A DNA stretch of 63,511 nt, the filler included, from Rhabdomonas costata (taxonomy: Eukaryota), in assembly GCA_019059605.1 (NCBI GenBank). It is 12 parts of 12 records of this genome, joined end to end, with 100 filler letters (N's around TTAATTAATTAA, not from the genome) between each part and the next. Parts side by side here need not be neighbours in the genome. Positions count along the whole stretch, not along the records: positions 48,084 to 53,161 come from JAHMHO010000103.1; positions 53,262 to 58,339 come from JAHMHO010000104.1; positions 58,440 to 63,511 come from JAHMHO010000105.1; 9 more parts are not named here. One strand, written 5' to 3'. Below are positions 50,745 to 63,156 of the stretch, piece by piece. The notes beneath the pieces were generated by a model. It was given only the letters and a program-made list of their open reading frames with translations. It was not told the DNA's origin and searched no databases. The position numbers and the translations under genes are program-made. Positions within the stretch are counted from its first letter, which is position 1. The number at the start of each line of letters is the position of its first letter.

Positions 50745-52368
50745 GTACGGCTGATCGAGGAGGACCCGAAGCTATTTCTCGGTTCCTTTTTGCGAGGTGC
50801 CAAATTGTCGAGTTCCAACCCTTGCCGCCCACCTTCCCTCTTACTGGGTGTTTCTCGTGCAACTTAAACCTTGAAAGAACGGATCCTGAGCGTTGGCGGG
50901 ACCCCTCACTTTTACAGATTACAAATTATAGATGAAATACACAACAGCAAAAGTGAAAGATTGCAAATGTTCTTCCGTGAGAAATCTGTTCTGCTTAAGA
51001 GCTCGGAGCCGAAGCAGGCCCGGGGTCTTTTGTATGCACAGTGGGCCTCCCTAATTACAACAGAAGACAAAGACCGCAAAGCTAACTAGGTTAACTCCAG
51101 CCGTATTCCCAGCGAATTCCTAACCCTAAACCCGAAACATGCGACGTAATTCAGGGTGTGGGTCTGATGGTTCCAAGGTGGTGTTCTTGCGTGCATAGGG
51201 GACATCACGTACTTCCACCTGTCTGAGTGCCTGAAGCAGAGCTGTGACCGGTGGTTTGAAAAGAAGGCCCTAACGCCCACCTCAGGTGAGTCTGCATACT
51301 GTGTGTCTAAATCCCGGAGAATTCCAGTGGACCCTGCTCCGGGGTTTCCTGGTGGGCGTGTCCATCTTCACGTTTTATTGGCGTTGGCGGATTTCCATGC
51401 CTGTCGTGTTTCCATTTCCCGTTTCTGTTCATTGACAGGTGAGAAACAACCTTCTGCAGTGGCTCCCCAGGTTGTTCACGACGGTGCTGGAACCAGGTAC
51501 TAGTTTATGAAAGGGTTGCTACTGCAGGGTTGCGCTGCAAACGGTCACATAACTCTTTTAAATGGGTGTCCTCCGAAATGCCAACTGACGCCATGTGGCG
51601 TTTCAGAACCCACAAAGCAGATCTGTTTTTGAGAGCCGAGCAAGGTTGCGGTGGGGTAAAAGAACGAGGCGGAGAACAGGCCAGGGCATGTGAAGGCCTG
51701 GACTGCTTGGCACAATGAGTGGAAACGGCTCAGGGAGACAATAGAGACAAGAGGCGAAATGCGGGATCCCAAACAAGGAGTCTTCGGCGGCTGCGCTCTT
51801 TTACCAACAGGTTTGGAAAGGTTTCCTGTTTTCCCTCGCTGTCTTGGGGCGGGAGGAACTGCTTTTGCAGGTTTTTTCGGGTAGAACTGGCTGTCTGTGT
51901 GTTCGCACATCCTGACCACCTTGCGACCAAGGCAGTTCAGCAGTCCCGATGTTCTTCGCTGGTGTCCGTGTGCCTGTTGAAAAAATGGAGCGTATGGCCT
52001 TTCCGCTCTTCTCCCACTTCAAAGAAAGGACGTGCCAAACCCTCACGCTCGGGCCGCTGTTCTGGGCAAGCAGCGGCGGGCGGAGGAGGAAGCTGACGTG
52101 GAGGTGGACGTTACGTCGGAGCTGCGGGCTCCCGCAAAGCTGACCGCTGCGTAGGCCTGAGGGAGGGTTTTTTTCTGCGCTGCAGCCACCCGGGATATTT
52201 CTGTATTTCTGTACTGCTTTCCTTTCGACTGTAGTTGTACTCATGTTGCGCGTGCGTGCGAATGGATGTGGTCTTGTGCCCTTTTACAGCTGCCGTGACA
52301 AGTGAAAGTGGGATTATGAAGGCTCAGGCTGCAACAGGGTTTTTCTTTGGGATTAGGCTGAAACTCGA

Positions 52369-52752
52369 CCCCCCCCCCCCCCTGGGAACACCCCTCTGGT
52401 TCACGGACGTGAACCAAAATGTCTGGTGAGGGAAGTTGGGGCGTGGGTACAACTGGGGAATGGGGTGGCTTCGGCCGCATCGCGTCCTAAATAATTCAAT
52501 CGCTCTGGGGGAGTTACACTCAAGGAATACAGAAGAGGTTCGCTGCTCGGGGCAAGCGTTAGCGTTGGGTTTCGGTTCGGCTTTGTTTCAGCAACAAGTT
52601 TGCACAACACGGCATCGTCCTTCGCGCCAACAGCAGAGATAAACGCAGCAAGCTTGTGGGAACCAGAGGGAGAGAAAAGACAAACACACGGTCAGCTTGC
52701 GCGTCTGTGGTTCACGTCGGTGAACCAAAAAAGTGGTTCACGGGGGGGGGGG
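52369..52752. mobile_element. Candidate MITE with imperfect ~48-bp terminal inverted repeats
   Basis: Left end is C14-tgggaacacccctc-tggttcacggacgtgaacca; right end is tggttcacgtcggtgaacca-aaaaag-tggttcac-G11. The 20-mer cores (52397-52416, 52708-52727) are reverse complements with one mismatch. No TSD seen. Confidence 0.65.
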
Positions 52753-53014
52753 TGCCTCACACCGGCAAAAACTCTGCAGAGCCCGTGCGTCTCCCCTTAA
52801 CCAACCCGGAACTCACTTTTATAACACCTCCCGCCCAAACTTCGTTAAATCACAGGTTCACAAATGTTCTACACCCGACGCAGCTTCCGATGCAGAAACC
52901 GAGTTGAAAGACTTTTTTCCTTTTTGACACAAAAAAAACGCCAGGCACCAGATATTCTGCTGAAACTAGAAATCAGGGGAGACTTACCGTCAAGGTAATC
53001 GTTATCTGAGGTTA

Positions 53015-53158
53015 GGTAATAGTTGGCTGATCTATTATTTGTACTGGTTTACGTTGTCTTGAGAGACCGATAGCCCGATCCTGCAGAAAAAGCGGAGAGC
53101 TATCGGTCTCTCAAGACAACGTAAACCAGTACAAATAATAGATCAGCCAACTATTACC
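53015..53158. repeat. Perfect inverted repeat, 60-bp arms, 24-nt loop
   Basis: 53015-53074 is the exact reverse complement of 53099-53158; it ends 3 nt before the gap. Confidence 0.97.
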
Positions 53159-53483
53159 CAANNNNNNNNNNNNNNNNNNNNNNNNNNNNNNNNNNNNNNN
53201 NNNNNTTAATTAATTAANNNNNNNNNNNNNNNNNNNNNNNNNNNNNNNNNNNNNNNNNNNNAACAACGGCCGCTGTGAAAAAGGGTCGCCTGCTCACCTG
53301 ATACTCGTCATACATGCACACAGATGCATCCGGGCAACATGATATATATCGGGCGGGGTCGTGCATGGAAGTCCCACGGCTTTTCCAAGAATTTCATCCT
53401 CAACAGAGCGTTTCACAGATGTGCGGCAGAGAAAGGGCGGAAAAAAAGGCACCTTAGAAAACATTGGCGAGAAGCGAAAGTGC

Positions 53484-56400
53484 CTCCACAGGGCTCCAAA
53501 GACGGGACCAAGGTCGCCGACCTCCCCCATGCTGGGCAGGAAACGGACCTCACAGTCCGGATTCGACGCAGGCGCCTGCGGGTGAGGGAGGAGCAGTGGG
53601 AAAAGGAGATCTGAACCCCCACATCAGAGTATGCAAATGCGCCAACATCTCTATTTTTAGCGGAGGAAACAGGCGAGACTGTTCGCTAATGTTTATTGCA
53701 CAAAGGCCACAACGATCTCACAAATACATACAGTGAGCTGGAAAAATGGATTAAAAGGAGCAAGGGTGTTGCATCCCACACGCCGCCGAACCTGAGAAGC
53801 CGCTGCCTGGTCGTACACCCTGCACATCAGCTCCACTGGAAGCATCAGAAAGGTTTCATACACCGCCTCATTGGAGCTCAACATGACAGAGCTGTCGGGA
53901 GAGGGTGGCGAGTGCCGTATAAGGAGATTACGTAGATGTTGGAACGGGTGCTCTGGTGTGTGTGTGTGTGTCCGTGTTGGGCGCACTGGCAGTTACACGG
54001 GCGTATGCGCTGTTGGCCACGGGTGCTCGCGAGAGGTACCTTCGGAGCGAACGGTGTCGTGATGTAACCGGCTCATCACCGTCAACACATGATCCCTTCT
54101 GCCCTACGACTATTTCCCTTGTCCAGCCGTTCTGCTATGGTCTATGAGACTCCCTCCTTTCAACCTTGAGCATTTCCTTCGGATGTATGAACGGGCCCCA
54201 TCTGCAGGCGTTGCCATGCCAGCATCACTTCGTGGTGTGCGGTGGTATGCGTGTGGGGACCTCTTGTGCCGTATGACCCGTCATGCAGCGACCCTGAACA
54301 GCATCCAACGCCTATAAACGCTCAAAATGCTGCCTGTCTCGCCACGGACCAGAGATGACCCATACTTAGAACGCGAGGAAAAAGGAAAAAAGAAAACAGG
54401 GGCCATACGGGCGGCTTTCAACCATCGGATCCCGCAAGGTGGTGTCCAAAAAACTCTGAACTTGAGCTTTGAATTGCCCCGTGATCAGAATCTGCCCACC
54501 TGCACAACAGAGGAGAAAAGGGTCCGAAAAAGGCGAACAAGCGAAAGATGGCCGGGTGGGTTTTTTATTTTGGCATGTACGCGTTGTATGTGCCTGGGAC
54601 CCGCAAGGCAGGCGGAGATTCCTGTCCTGTTGTGTGGTGAACCAGTGCCCTGCGGCTCAAAACAGGATTATGGGATCTCCGTGCGAGCACCCAGGCAGTA
54701 TGTTCGGGACATCATTTCATCCATCTTTCGGGACCTCGCTTTCTTCCTTTCTTCTTTGAGCCCTCCGTCCCCAACCGACAGATGGCACATTTCCTGTGAA
54801 TGAGAAGCGAGTCACACCAGTCGCCGCGGCGCAAACTGCGGAGACGGCTGCGAGTTCGTCTCCATAATACTCCACCTGAATAAAAAAGCAGACAGTTGAC
54901 AGCGCAAAAAGCACAGGTGTGAGAAGACGCGCAATTGTAAATTAAAACGAACGACGATGAGGCTGGGCTAAAAAAAGCAGCTGACGGACGTGTTGTTTCG
55001 AAATGCAAGATAACACTTCCATGGACACAACAGTACGAAGGATGATAATACTCCTGGCGAATATGTCAATCGCAAAAGCATTCTTCCATTACTGTATTGA
55101 CCCACTTAGCCATGTAGAGTGGGGGTAATGGCACCCCCGATCTGTGAACCAACAGCATCACCAAGGGGACACCTGGGATTCACTCATTACGCCTCGGACA
55201 ACGTTCACGGAGCCCCAGTGGACGCCAACTTGCACGCTGAGGCCGCAGTGGTAAACTGTTCCGCCCTGCAAACAATGTGCACAGAAAGAAGCACAAACAG
55301 AGCACAAATACTCTTGCAGAGGCACGTCGAACGCAAATGTTTGCACACACACAAACGTCCAGCAAACATTGGCCACAACGGAGTGGACGCCAAACCTGAT
55401 TCTGGGCAAAATGGACGGAAAAAATGAAAGGGAAAAGTGCAAGTTGGAAGTGGAGGCTACTCAAACGAGTGAGATTGAGGGGAAATCGTCAGTGTTCCTC
55501 CTGTGCTCGCGGGGGAGACGCGTGACCCAAAGCAACGCTCCTGCAAAAGCTCCTGTTCTTTGGATCGAGAGGGAAATTGAACTTGAAATTGAACTCGCTC
55601 TGAAAAACTGAATAATGTCAACTCATCAAAGGGAACGCCGCGGCGCCATTTCGTACAGCCAATCACGGTGCCCCACTGCAGCTGCGGTAGCAAAGGTCAC
55701 GCAAAAACGAGGTTTGGTCAGCAAAAGACAAGTATGACCCACCGGCGTCGTGCGGGGAGCTCCGGTTGAGTGCTCAAGAAGGGGTGCGCTCCACGAGGCG
55801 CCCAGAAGCTCCGTCTGCAGGTCCATCGCAAACAGCCCAGCATCGGGGGCATTCTCGAAGACAGTCATCACCACATCCAAAGCGACTTTGACCTGCAACC
55901 CCACACCCAAAACTTCCCCAATCAGTTTCCATCGCCGGTTCACATTTCTTTTTTTGCCGTTGAAATGGAGACTCCACGTGACTCCAGCACCACTTAACCG
56001 ATCCCAGGGTACCCCCATGACGAACCTGCTTGCCTCGGTGCTGCTCCTGCAGTGCCTTAACGACACCAAGGTAGGTAGCCATGTCCTCGTCAATGCACCC
56101 TGGCCTCAGGTCCGTCGTGATCGCGGCCAGCTACATAGGGCAACAAAACAGATCATCAATGCAACCTAATAATCAAAATTCTCCCCATGCACACGAACAC
56201 AACCACCATCACGCCACCGTGAGGGTCAGTCAATATTCACACTGAACTTTGAAGGCATGCCCACACAGACTGGGTGCCAATCATTCTAAGCCCGATGTGG
56301 GCGAACCGCAATCATAGTTGGGTGTACAGGATGCAAACTGATACGGATACTGAAGGGACCGAAATCGGTTACGGTCTAATACCCTCAGTCACATATGTAC

Positions 56401-58119
56401 AAGCACTACGTTTGATGAAGATAGGTAACGCCTGGGTTTGACGAGAATGCAAACGCTGTTAAACGCCTGCTGCTCACTTTTCCATGTCCCAATTGCTTCA
56501 CACTACGGCAAGATCATGAAGCAACCATACGCAAAGAACCACCAAGTAAGATGTTGGTAGTGGGATGAAGGGGTTTGGGGTATGACTATGGTATCAGCTC
56601 CCAATGGTGCTCATTTTCTGGTATTTTTGAGGTGGTTGCCACTCTAGCCATAAACTTGGTTCCACACCAGCACAGGCACCGAAACAACAAAAGAAACTTG
56701 CAACTTTCAACGCAAATCTTCGTATAGCAAAAAGGCAATCGACGGAAAAGGGTTGCTGTTTTGCTGTGGATTTTCCCAGAGTTTTTGTTGTTCGATGCTA
56801 TTTTTTTTCTTCCAAAAATCTTCGTATTGTTGAACCCGTGCCACACGCTGTGTTAGACCGTGGTCACACAGTTCAATTCCTTTTTGGTCAGAAACACCAT
56901 AAAGCCACCAAAGGTCTGCCCGCGCATGAATTACAAACATTGCATTGAGGGCATGGAGAAAATGCCAAAATAAAAGCACAGCAAGTGGTATCGTTAACAA
57001 AACCAATGGCCAGTGAGGAGCACATTAGAAAAGTAATAGCCCTCTTTCAGAGTAGGTTCGGGTTGTGTAGAGGAGGGACGAGAACCTGGTGCTTGTCCAG
57101 CTTGCACAGCACCATTGCAAGCTGGGTCTCCACCTCAGCCTCCTCGGTCACCAAGGGGATCATCAGCTGCTTCTGCAGTGCGACCTGCCGCTCCAGCTGC
57201 TCGGCGCGTCCCACAAGATGGGTGGGCACCAGCTGGAACAGCTGCGCCGGCTGGGAGATCCCTTTCAGGCTGAACTTCCCAATGTCCCGCAGCACGGCAT
57301 GGGAGAACTCTGGCGAGCAGTTACGCAGACAAATAGACAGAGACTCATTGGGACAAAACTCAACTGGTAGCATGGGAGGGGGGCTAATCTAGTGGTTGCA
57401 GGAGAGAGACCGTAATTTGCCTCCATGGTTTGTGTTTGCTCTGCACTGCGCTGGAGAGACCTCCTCGCATAAATGTCCACAGCAGCAGACCAGTCATAGG
57501 ATGCGCATCACGAGTGGAAAAGCCCGGGATATAAAGCGATTCTTCCTTACACACTGTGGGTGTACTTGAACACAACACTAAGCCGCAAGCTCCGAGTTGA
57601 GGGAATCCAGCCACCGAAGCCAGTGGGCAGGCACAACCTGTCAAGTGAGCACTCAGTAAAACCATGCCAAGCGGGTCCCCCCCCATAGACAAACCATCGG
57701 GAAGGTTCTTAACCACCTCCGCAACTTCCTCCGATATCACGGTAATGCCTCCAGGCGCAACCGACTCCACTCGGGCGGTCTTGTTGACAACAGGACCCTG
57801 ACAAAACAAAACGCAATGCACGCAAAGGAATTCCTTCGTGAAGACGCAATTGCATGCACGAAACAGCAGCGGATGCATGTCGAAAACGCATTCACATGTC
57901 AAACAACAGAAACAAAGAGGATGGGACGGAGGAACATACAAAGTAGTCCATTCTTCCTGTGATAGGGTCCCTGAGGGCTTGGGGCTGCCCCACGTGCACC
58001 CCAATTCGGACCCGCAGGCCACGCCAGAGCATCGTTGTCGATCCATCTGGAAGGGTGATGTACTCCAGCTTGGACTCCGCAATGTTGTCCAGTTCTTTGT
58101 CCCAGTTGGCCATCCGAAG
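53484..58119 (-). CDS. Class III adenylate/guanylate cyclase with an intact-looking catalytic domain followed by a degenerate second cyclase domain (partial)
   Basis: Exons 58119-57940, 57797-57695, 57309-57086, 56130-56026, 55892-55743, 55265-55173, 54875-54818, ~53952-53792, 53575-53484. Domain 1: LWRGLRVRIGVHVG..DPITGRMDYFGPVVNKTARVESVAPGG..GKFSLKGI. Domain 2: GKQVKVALDVVMTVF..LQTELLGASW..GLSVQVGVHWG..VEYYGDELAAVSAV. Confidence 0.92.
53950..54083 (-). repeat. Dispersed GC-rich element with (CA)n tail, copy 2 (in a cyclase intron)
   Basis: See copy 1; shared invariant stretches cacgggtgctcgcgaga and agcgaacggtg. Confidence 0.85.
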
Positions 58120-59788
58120 CTGTATGGATGCACAGAAGCAAGCCAGAGAAACACACACCAGAAAAGTGCGCTAAAAAGCGTTCTCGAAGCAATGCATCAA
58201 GAACAAACACGAAAATCACTGAGAAGGCAGATGGATAAATGACCCACAACAGTCCCGTCCGCAGCAGATCCCGTCCCCTCGATCAAGCTGTACAGCTTCA
58301 ACCAAGACCCCAGGAAAACAACAAAAGTTAACAGAAATGNNNNNNNNNNNNNNNNNNNNNNNNNNNNNNNNNNNNNNNNNNNNTTAATTAATTAANNNNN
58401 NNNNNNNNNNNNNNNNNNNNNNNNNNNNNNNNNNNNNNNTGCATGGCGTCCTAACCCCCTGCAAGAAATCTATTATTGCTCTATGGCCGGTCATTTGGAG
58501 TCCTGCCGTTTAGACTTATTTGGCCATTTTCGGTCACAAGAGTTCCTTTTTTGTGTATTGTTTCGTGCTTCTCTGTATCTGTGTCGTGGACGGCCTGTTC
58601 CATTTCGCCTCGGGTCGCTGGTGCCCGGGGGCCATTTTTGTGTATTCAACGAGATGTAATTGAACTGGTCAAAAGAGGGTTCATCGCGGTATAAAAAAAC
58701 GACAGGTCTTACATAAAGCACGATGATTTGGATTTCGGATGTCCGTGAAGCTCATGTTAACGAACTTTGAAGCATTTTTTTTGCACCGTATGTTGCCAGG
58801 TTCTCCCGTGAAAGCGTGCTCCGGAATAATGTGGGAAACGACTGACAAAGTGCAACCCAAGCCACACTTTGAGGTCTGAAAAATGGGGGGGGGGTGCAAA
58901 AATAGTCCAGTCGGACACCCCATCCCCACCCACTGGGGTTTTACCCTCAAAACGGCCCTTTTCATCACCAGAAAGCCCGGGGTTCATTTGGGTGAAAACC
59001 TCGAACCTTCAAAATATAATCAATTCGTTTATCCCGTTTTTCAAACCCGCGGAATGTTTTCACGCTCAAATGCAGATTTACTAATGTTTAAGCCGGTAAG
59101 AACCATTTTGCAAGCGCGATTTACAAAGTTAATCAACAGGACAAAACCCTGCTTGATTCAGGTGTAACATACGCAGTTTATTTTTTTGGTGAAGAAATGG
59201 ATAATAGATACGCTTCATGATGCGGGTCAAGTTACGATTCAATATGCGGTTCACGGAAATGAGCGTTGACGTTCAGCGTAGGCCACCAAGACCGACTCCA
59301 TTTTTCAGACAACTCATACCCTGAGTTACGTTTTTTGTGCCATCTTGTCGCTCGAAGAAAGGAACCCACGGCAACCTTTTTTAACGGGTGGCTACGTTGG
59401 GGTTGTATGAAAGAATATGAATAAATAGAATATGAAAGTATCGAGAGATTCGCTGAGTCATTGTCGTTTTCGAGATTGCTGATTTGGATCTCGAAGGCAG
59501 GTTTTCCTGCCACTCGTTGGTTTTAGATCACGTAGGTTTTTAAGATGTACATGAGGAGTTTTGACTTATAAGCGATATTTCGGAGGAAACTTTTGGCCTT
59601 TTTTGGGGGAAACTTTTAGCCTTTTTTTTTTGAATATTTGCACGACCTTGATTAGTGTCATAGCTTTTCGTCTTTGAGGTTCCGTGGTCAGATATGCAGA
59701 AGTATCGTTTCAGCTGTAAGCTCTCTTTGACATGACCCGGGCTCAAAGCTTGGAACCTTTTTCACCCAAAGCTGTTCTTTCTTTGAAG

Positions 59789-62700
59789 GGCTGGACCAGT
59801 TCCCCGTACCTGCGGAACACCAGGAGGCCCACGAGTTGCTGATGAAGATCTGGAGGATCCAGACGGAGCTGATCCTCACCGTGTTTGGTTTGCACCCCCG
59901 CCCAGACTCCCACCATATCTTCTGACGGTCGTTGTTTACCCTCATGCACACGAACGCACGCACAATCACAAGCGGGTTTCTGCTATGATTTGATAAACGG
60001 ACCAGCAATGCCTTCGGAGCCACTCCGGCGGCCCCCGGTTTTGCTCTCCTCCTCCTCCACCTCCTCCTTCGCCATACCTGTCGGGGAGTGTGACCCCCAC
60101 CGAAAGACCCCACATACTTATACCCGTCCCCTTTTAGGTATTGCCCATGTGGCAGACACGCTGGTGGGCAACGAGATGCTCCGAGGGATCAGTGGGGGGC
60201 AGAAGCGCCGCGTGACCTCTGCGGAGATGCTCTCCGGGATGCAGCCCATGCTTTTTGGGGACGAGGTGTCCACGGGGCTGGACAGGTTCCTTGCAAATGA
60301 ATGAATGGTTCGATGGATGACGGAATGAGTACTGAGCATGTGTTGTTGAGAAGTTGCATGATGGAAACACGTGCAAAAGTGTGTGTATCACTTGCTTGCA
60401 GCCTTTGTGACCTGCACCTACAAGACATGAGGTGCGAAAGGAGGAGTTCTGTTCCTAATGCCAAGTTCTGCGCGAGTGTTTCTGGTTATTCGTGGTCTGA
60501 AATGATGACTATTTGTTGGACATATAACGGCAAGCTACTCTTACGTAAGTAACGATGTGCCGAGTGCAGGAGACTCGCTTGCCCTCAAAGAATCGGTAGT
60601 GTGGATGTGCATGGTCGCACGCGCACTCGCCAGCAAATCCACCTACGACATCTGCAACGCCTTTGCGATCCTGACACGGAGTTTTGACCTTACCACCGTG
60701 GTTGCCCTGCTGCACCCCCCGCCGGAAGTCTTCGACCTCTTCGACGACCTCATCCTTTTTTGCAAGGCAGCTGACCCTCACCTCCGCTTTTCCGTCTCAC
60801 TCGCCACCACCCGTCCTTGTATTGTGTTCCGAAAAAGAGCACACCACAGGTTTTTCCATGTGCAGTCGTTGCCATTCTTTTGCTTTGGATATCATTCTGT
60901 TGGGACGACTGTATTGATTTGGATGTAGTCTTGGAACACGGAATCGGAGCACGTGCAACCGGTGTTGGGCAAAGTGCTCTCCGCAAACCGACAGCACGAT
61001 TAGAAAACTTTTTCCGTTTCTCTTTCATTCATGGCCTTCTCAATTGCCCCAGTCTCCCTTCCTCACCCCAATAGGGTCACATAGTGTACCACGGCCCAGC
61101 CTCGGAGGCTGGGGCGTACTTCGAGCGCCTTGGGTTTGTGTGCCCAGACACGATGGACATCGCCGATTTTCTGCAGCAGGTTGCCGTTTTCGATTATTGT
61201 TTGTTTTTTGTGTGAAGCGGATGTCCCAGCGGATGTCCCTTCGTGAGGGGCTGCAGAGGGCATTCTATTTGCTGTTCTCTCTTCTGTCGGTGGTGGGGAT
61301 AGATTGTCCGTCCGTCCTTGCTGAGCATTGCTGTTGCTACCATTTGTGTCAACCATGAAAAGCGTATAATGTCCTGGGTGTTCATCGCTGGGAGGGTGAA
61401 GGAGGCGATCCGGAAGCCCTAGCGCTCTAACTTTTATTTGACAAGTGACTCTTTGACCATGTTTCCTATATCTTTCTCTTTACCTGTGTGCGTGTGTGCG
61501 GACGCCCCTGAGCGTCGGCAGGTAGTGGGAAGGGCGCCGAAGCAATGCAGCTTGAACCGTGTGGTTTTGGTAACAACGGCGAGACCGGGTATAGCCGGGT
61601 ATAGATGCAGGTGGGTTTTTTGTATTTCGTTGTGGTTGCCGTCGACTAACCCTCGCTGCGCTGGGGAAAGAAGCGACAAGATAAAAAGGAAGAGCTATCA
61701 AGGGCACGGGCGGCCTGAGGGTGCAATGAGGGTGCAAGGACTGGCCGCACATATATACGGTTACATAGAGAAGACCCCGGGCGTGCTTCGGTGTTGCCCT
61801 CATTTGCTCATAAGCTATTTTAAGATATAAGCTATTCTAAGATATACTTGCATCGGAGAAGCCTTCCACCATCTTTTGCAGCTTGCTGTGACTGAAGAGA
61901 AGAAGAGAGGGGTGCTCCTGTGACCCCCCCCCCCCTCGCTCTCAGTAAACATTGAACCTACTGACTGGGCGCAGGTTGTCACGGACGCCGGGCGGTCCTT
62001 CCTGCAGCCCGAGGCTTTGGCGGACCCTAGCACCCCAGCCAACGCGGAGCAGTTCGCGGCGGCTTACAAGGCCAGTTCGTACTTCACGGAGCGGCAACAG
62101 AATTTCGACCCTGCGGAGCTACAGCCCTCGAAGGTACCCCTCCAAAGATTGACCCCCTTACAAGGCAGAAAATCCTTCGAATTTTAGAGTCTTTCCGGGG
62201 GGGCAGGGGAGAAACCCTTAGCGAACTCGTTAGGGTCGATGGCCAGTGTCAAATATCTCGCACCACTCACAACACGACGGCATGGGCTTCTGTCACGACC
62301 AAATTTTTCCCCTGGTGGAGAATCCGTTGTCCCTTGATGCTTTCGAGTCTGTTTGTCCCCTGGTTTAGGCGAGGGAGCCGTGCTACCTGGACCGATTCCT
62401 GACCACAAAGCACACTAACTCTTGGGGTTTGCCTTCTTTCTTTTCACTTTTTTCTGTGGTGATAGCTCTTTCGTCCCACTCAAGCGCGCACGCAAAGCGC
62501 GAACAAAAGGGCGAAAAGGGCGGTCCTCAGCGAAACACAGAAATCTTCACGCTACGGCAATTTGCAAATTTGCAAATTTGCTAATTCTCCTCTCAATCTT
62601 CTCCTTGGTTTTATACTGGGACCGCACATGGGCCCAGTATAAAACCGCGGCGGGCGGGTGCTCCAAAAGTGGCGGTGGACTAAGTACACAGCTCCACCTG

Positions 62701-63156
62701 AATAAGAACTTCCAGTGGGACATTCGATGTGTTTGTGGGGAGGGGAATAATCCCCTTTTTTACCATGCTGTTTTGTGTTTACATTTTTCGTCTATCTGTT
62801 GTTTTCTTATACCTTGTACGGTGAGGGGCCTGCCGACTTCCGCACCTAGTTTTTGCAGTCACCAACAAGGTGACTACTCTACGGTTTACCGAAACGTCCC
62901 TCGCACGTCCCCCACACAGGGCGGCTCCCCGCCTCCCAAGGATGCGTATGCAGTCGCGAACGTGAAGGTTGTGTGTACAGCTGCGCGGGTTTGGGGTCGG
63001 GTTTTTGCAGCGCACAGCGTTCGGCTCGTGCTGGCACGGGAGGTGAAGCTTGTGCTGCGCAACCGGGCCTTCCTCCACGCCAGAGTGGCGCAGGCTGTGC
63101 TTATGGCCGTGCTGTGTGGCACTCTGTTCCTAAACATTGGGCTGGACCAGTTTCAG
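59789..63156 (+). CDS. ABCG/PDR-type ABC transporter, NBD1 C-terminal half and start of TMD1 (partial)
   Basis: Exons 59789-59887, 60138-60285, 60634-60766, 61075-61179, 61975-62133, ~63011-63156 encode [77 protein letters not shown] and REVKLVLRN. Intron 60767-61074 is GC-AG. Confidence 0.95.

Noticed and set aside
54794..54817. 24-nt GT-AG micro-intron in the cyclase
   Set aside because: Its use leads to a stop about 25 codons later and drops the homologous downstream exon; no support.
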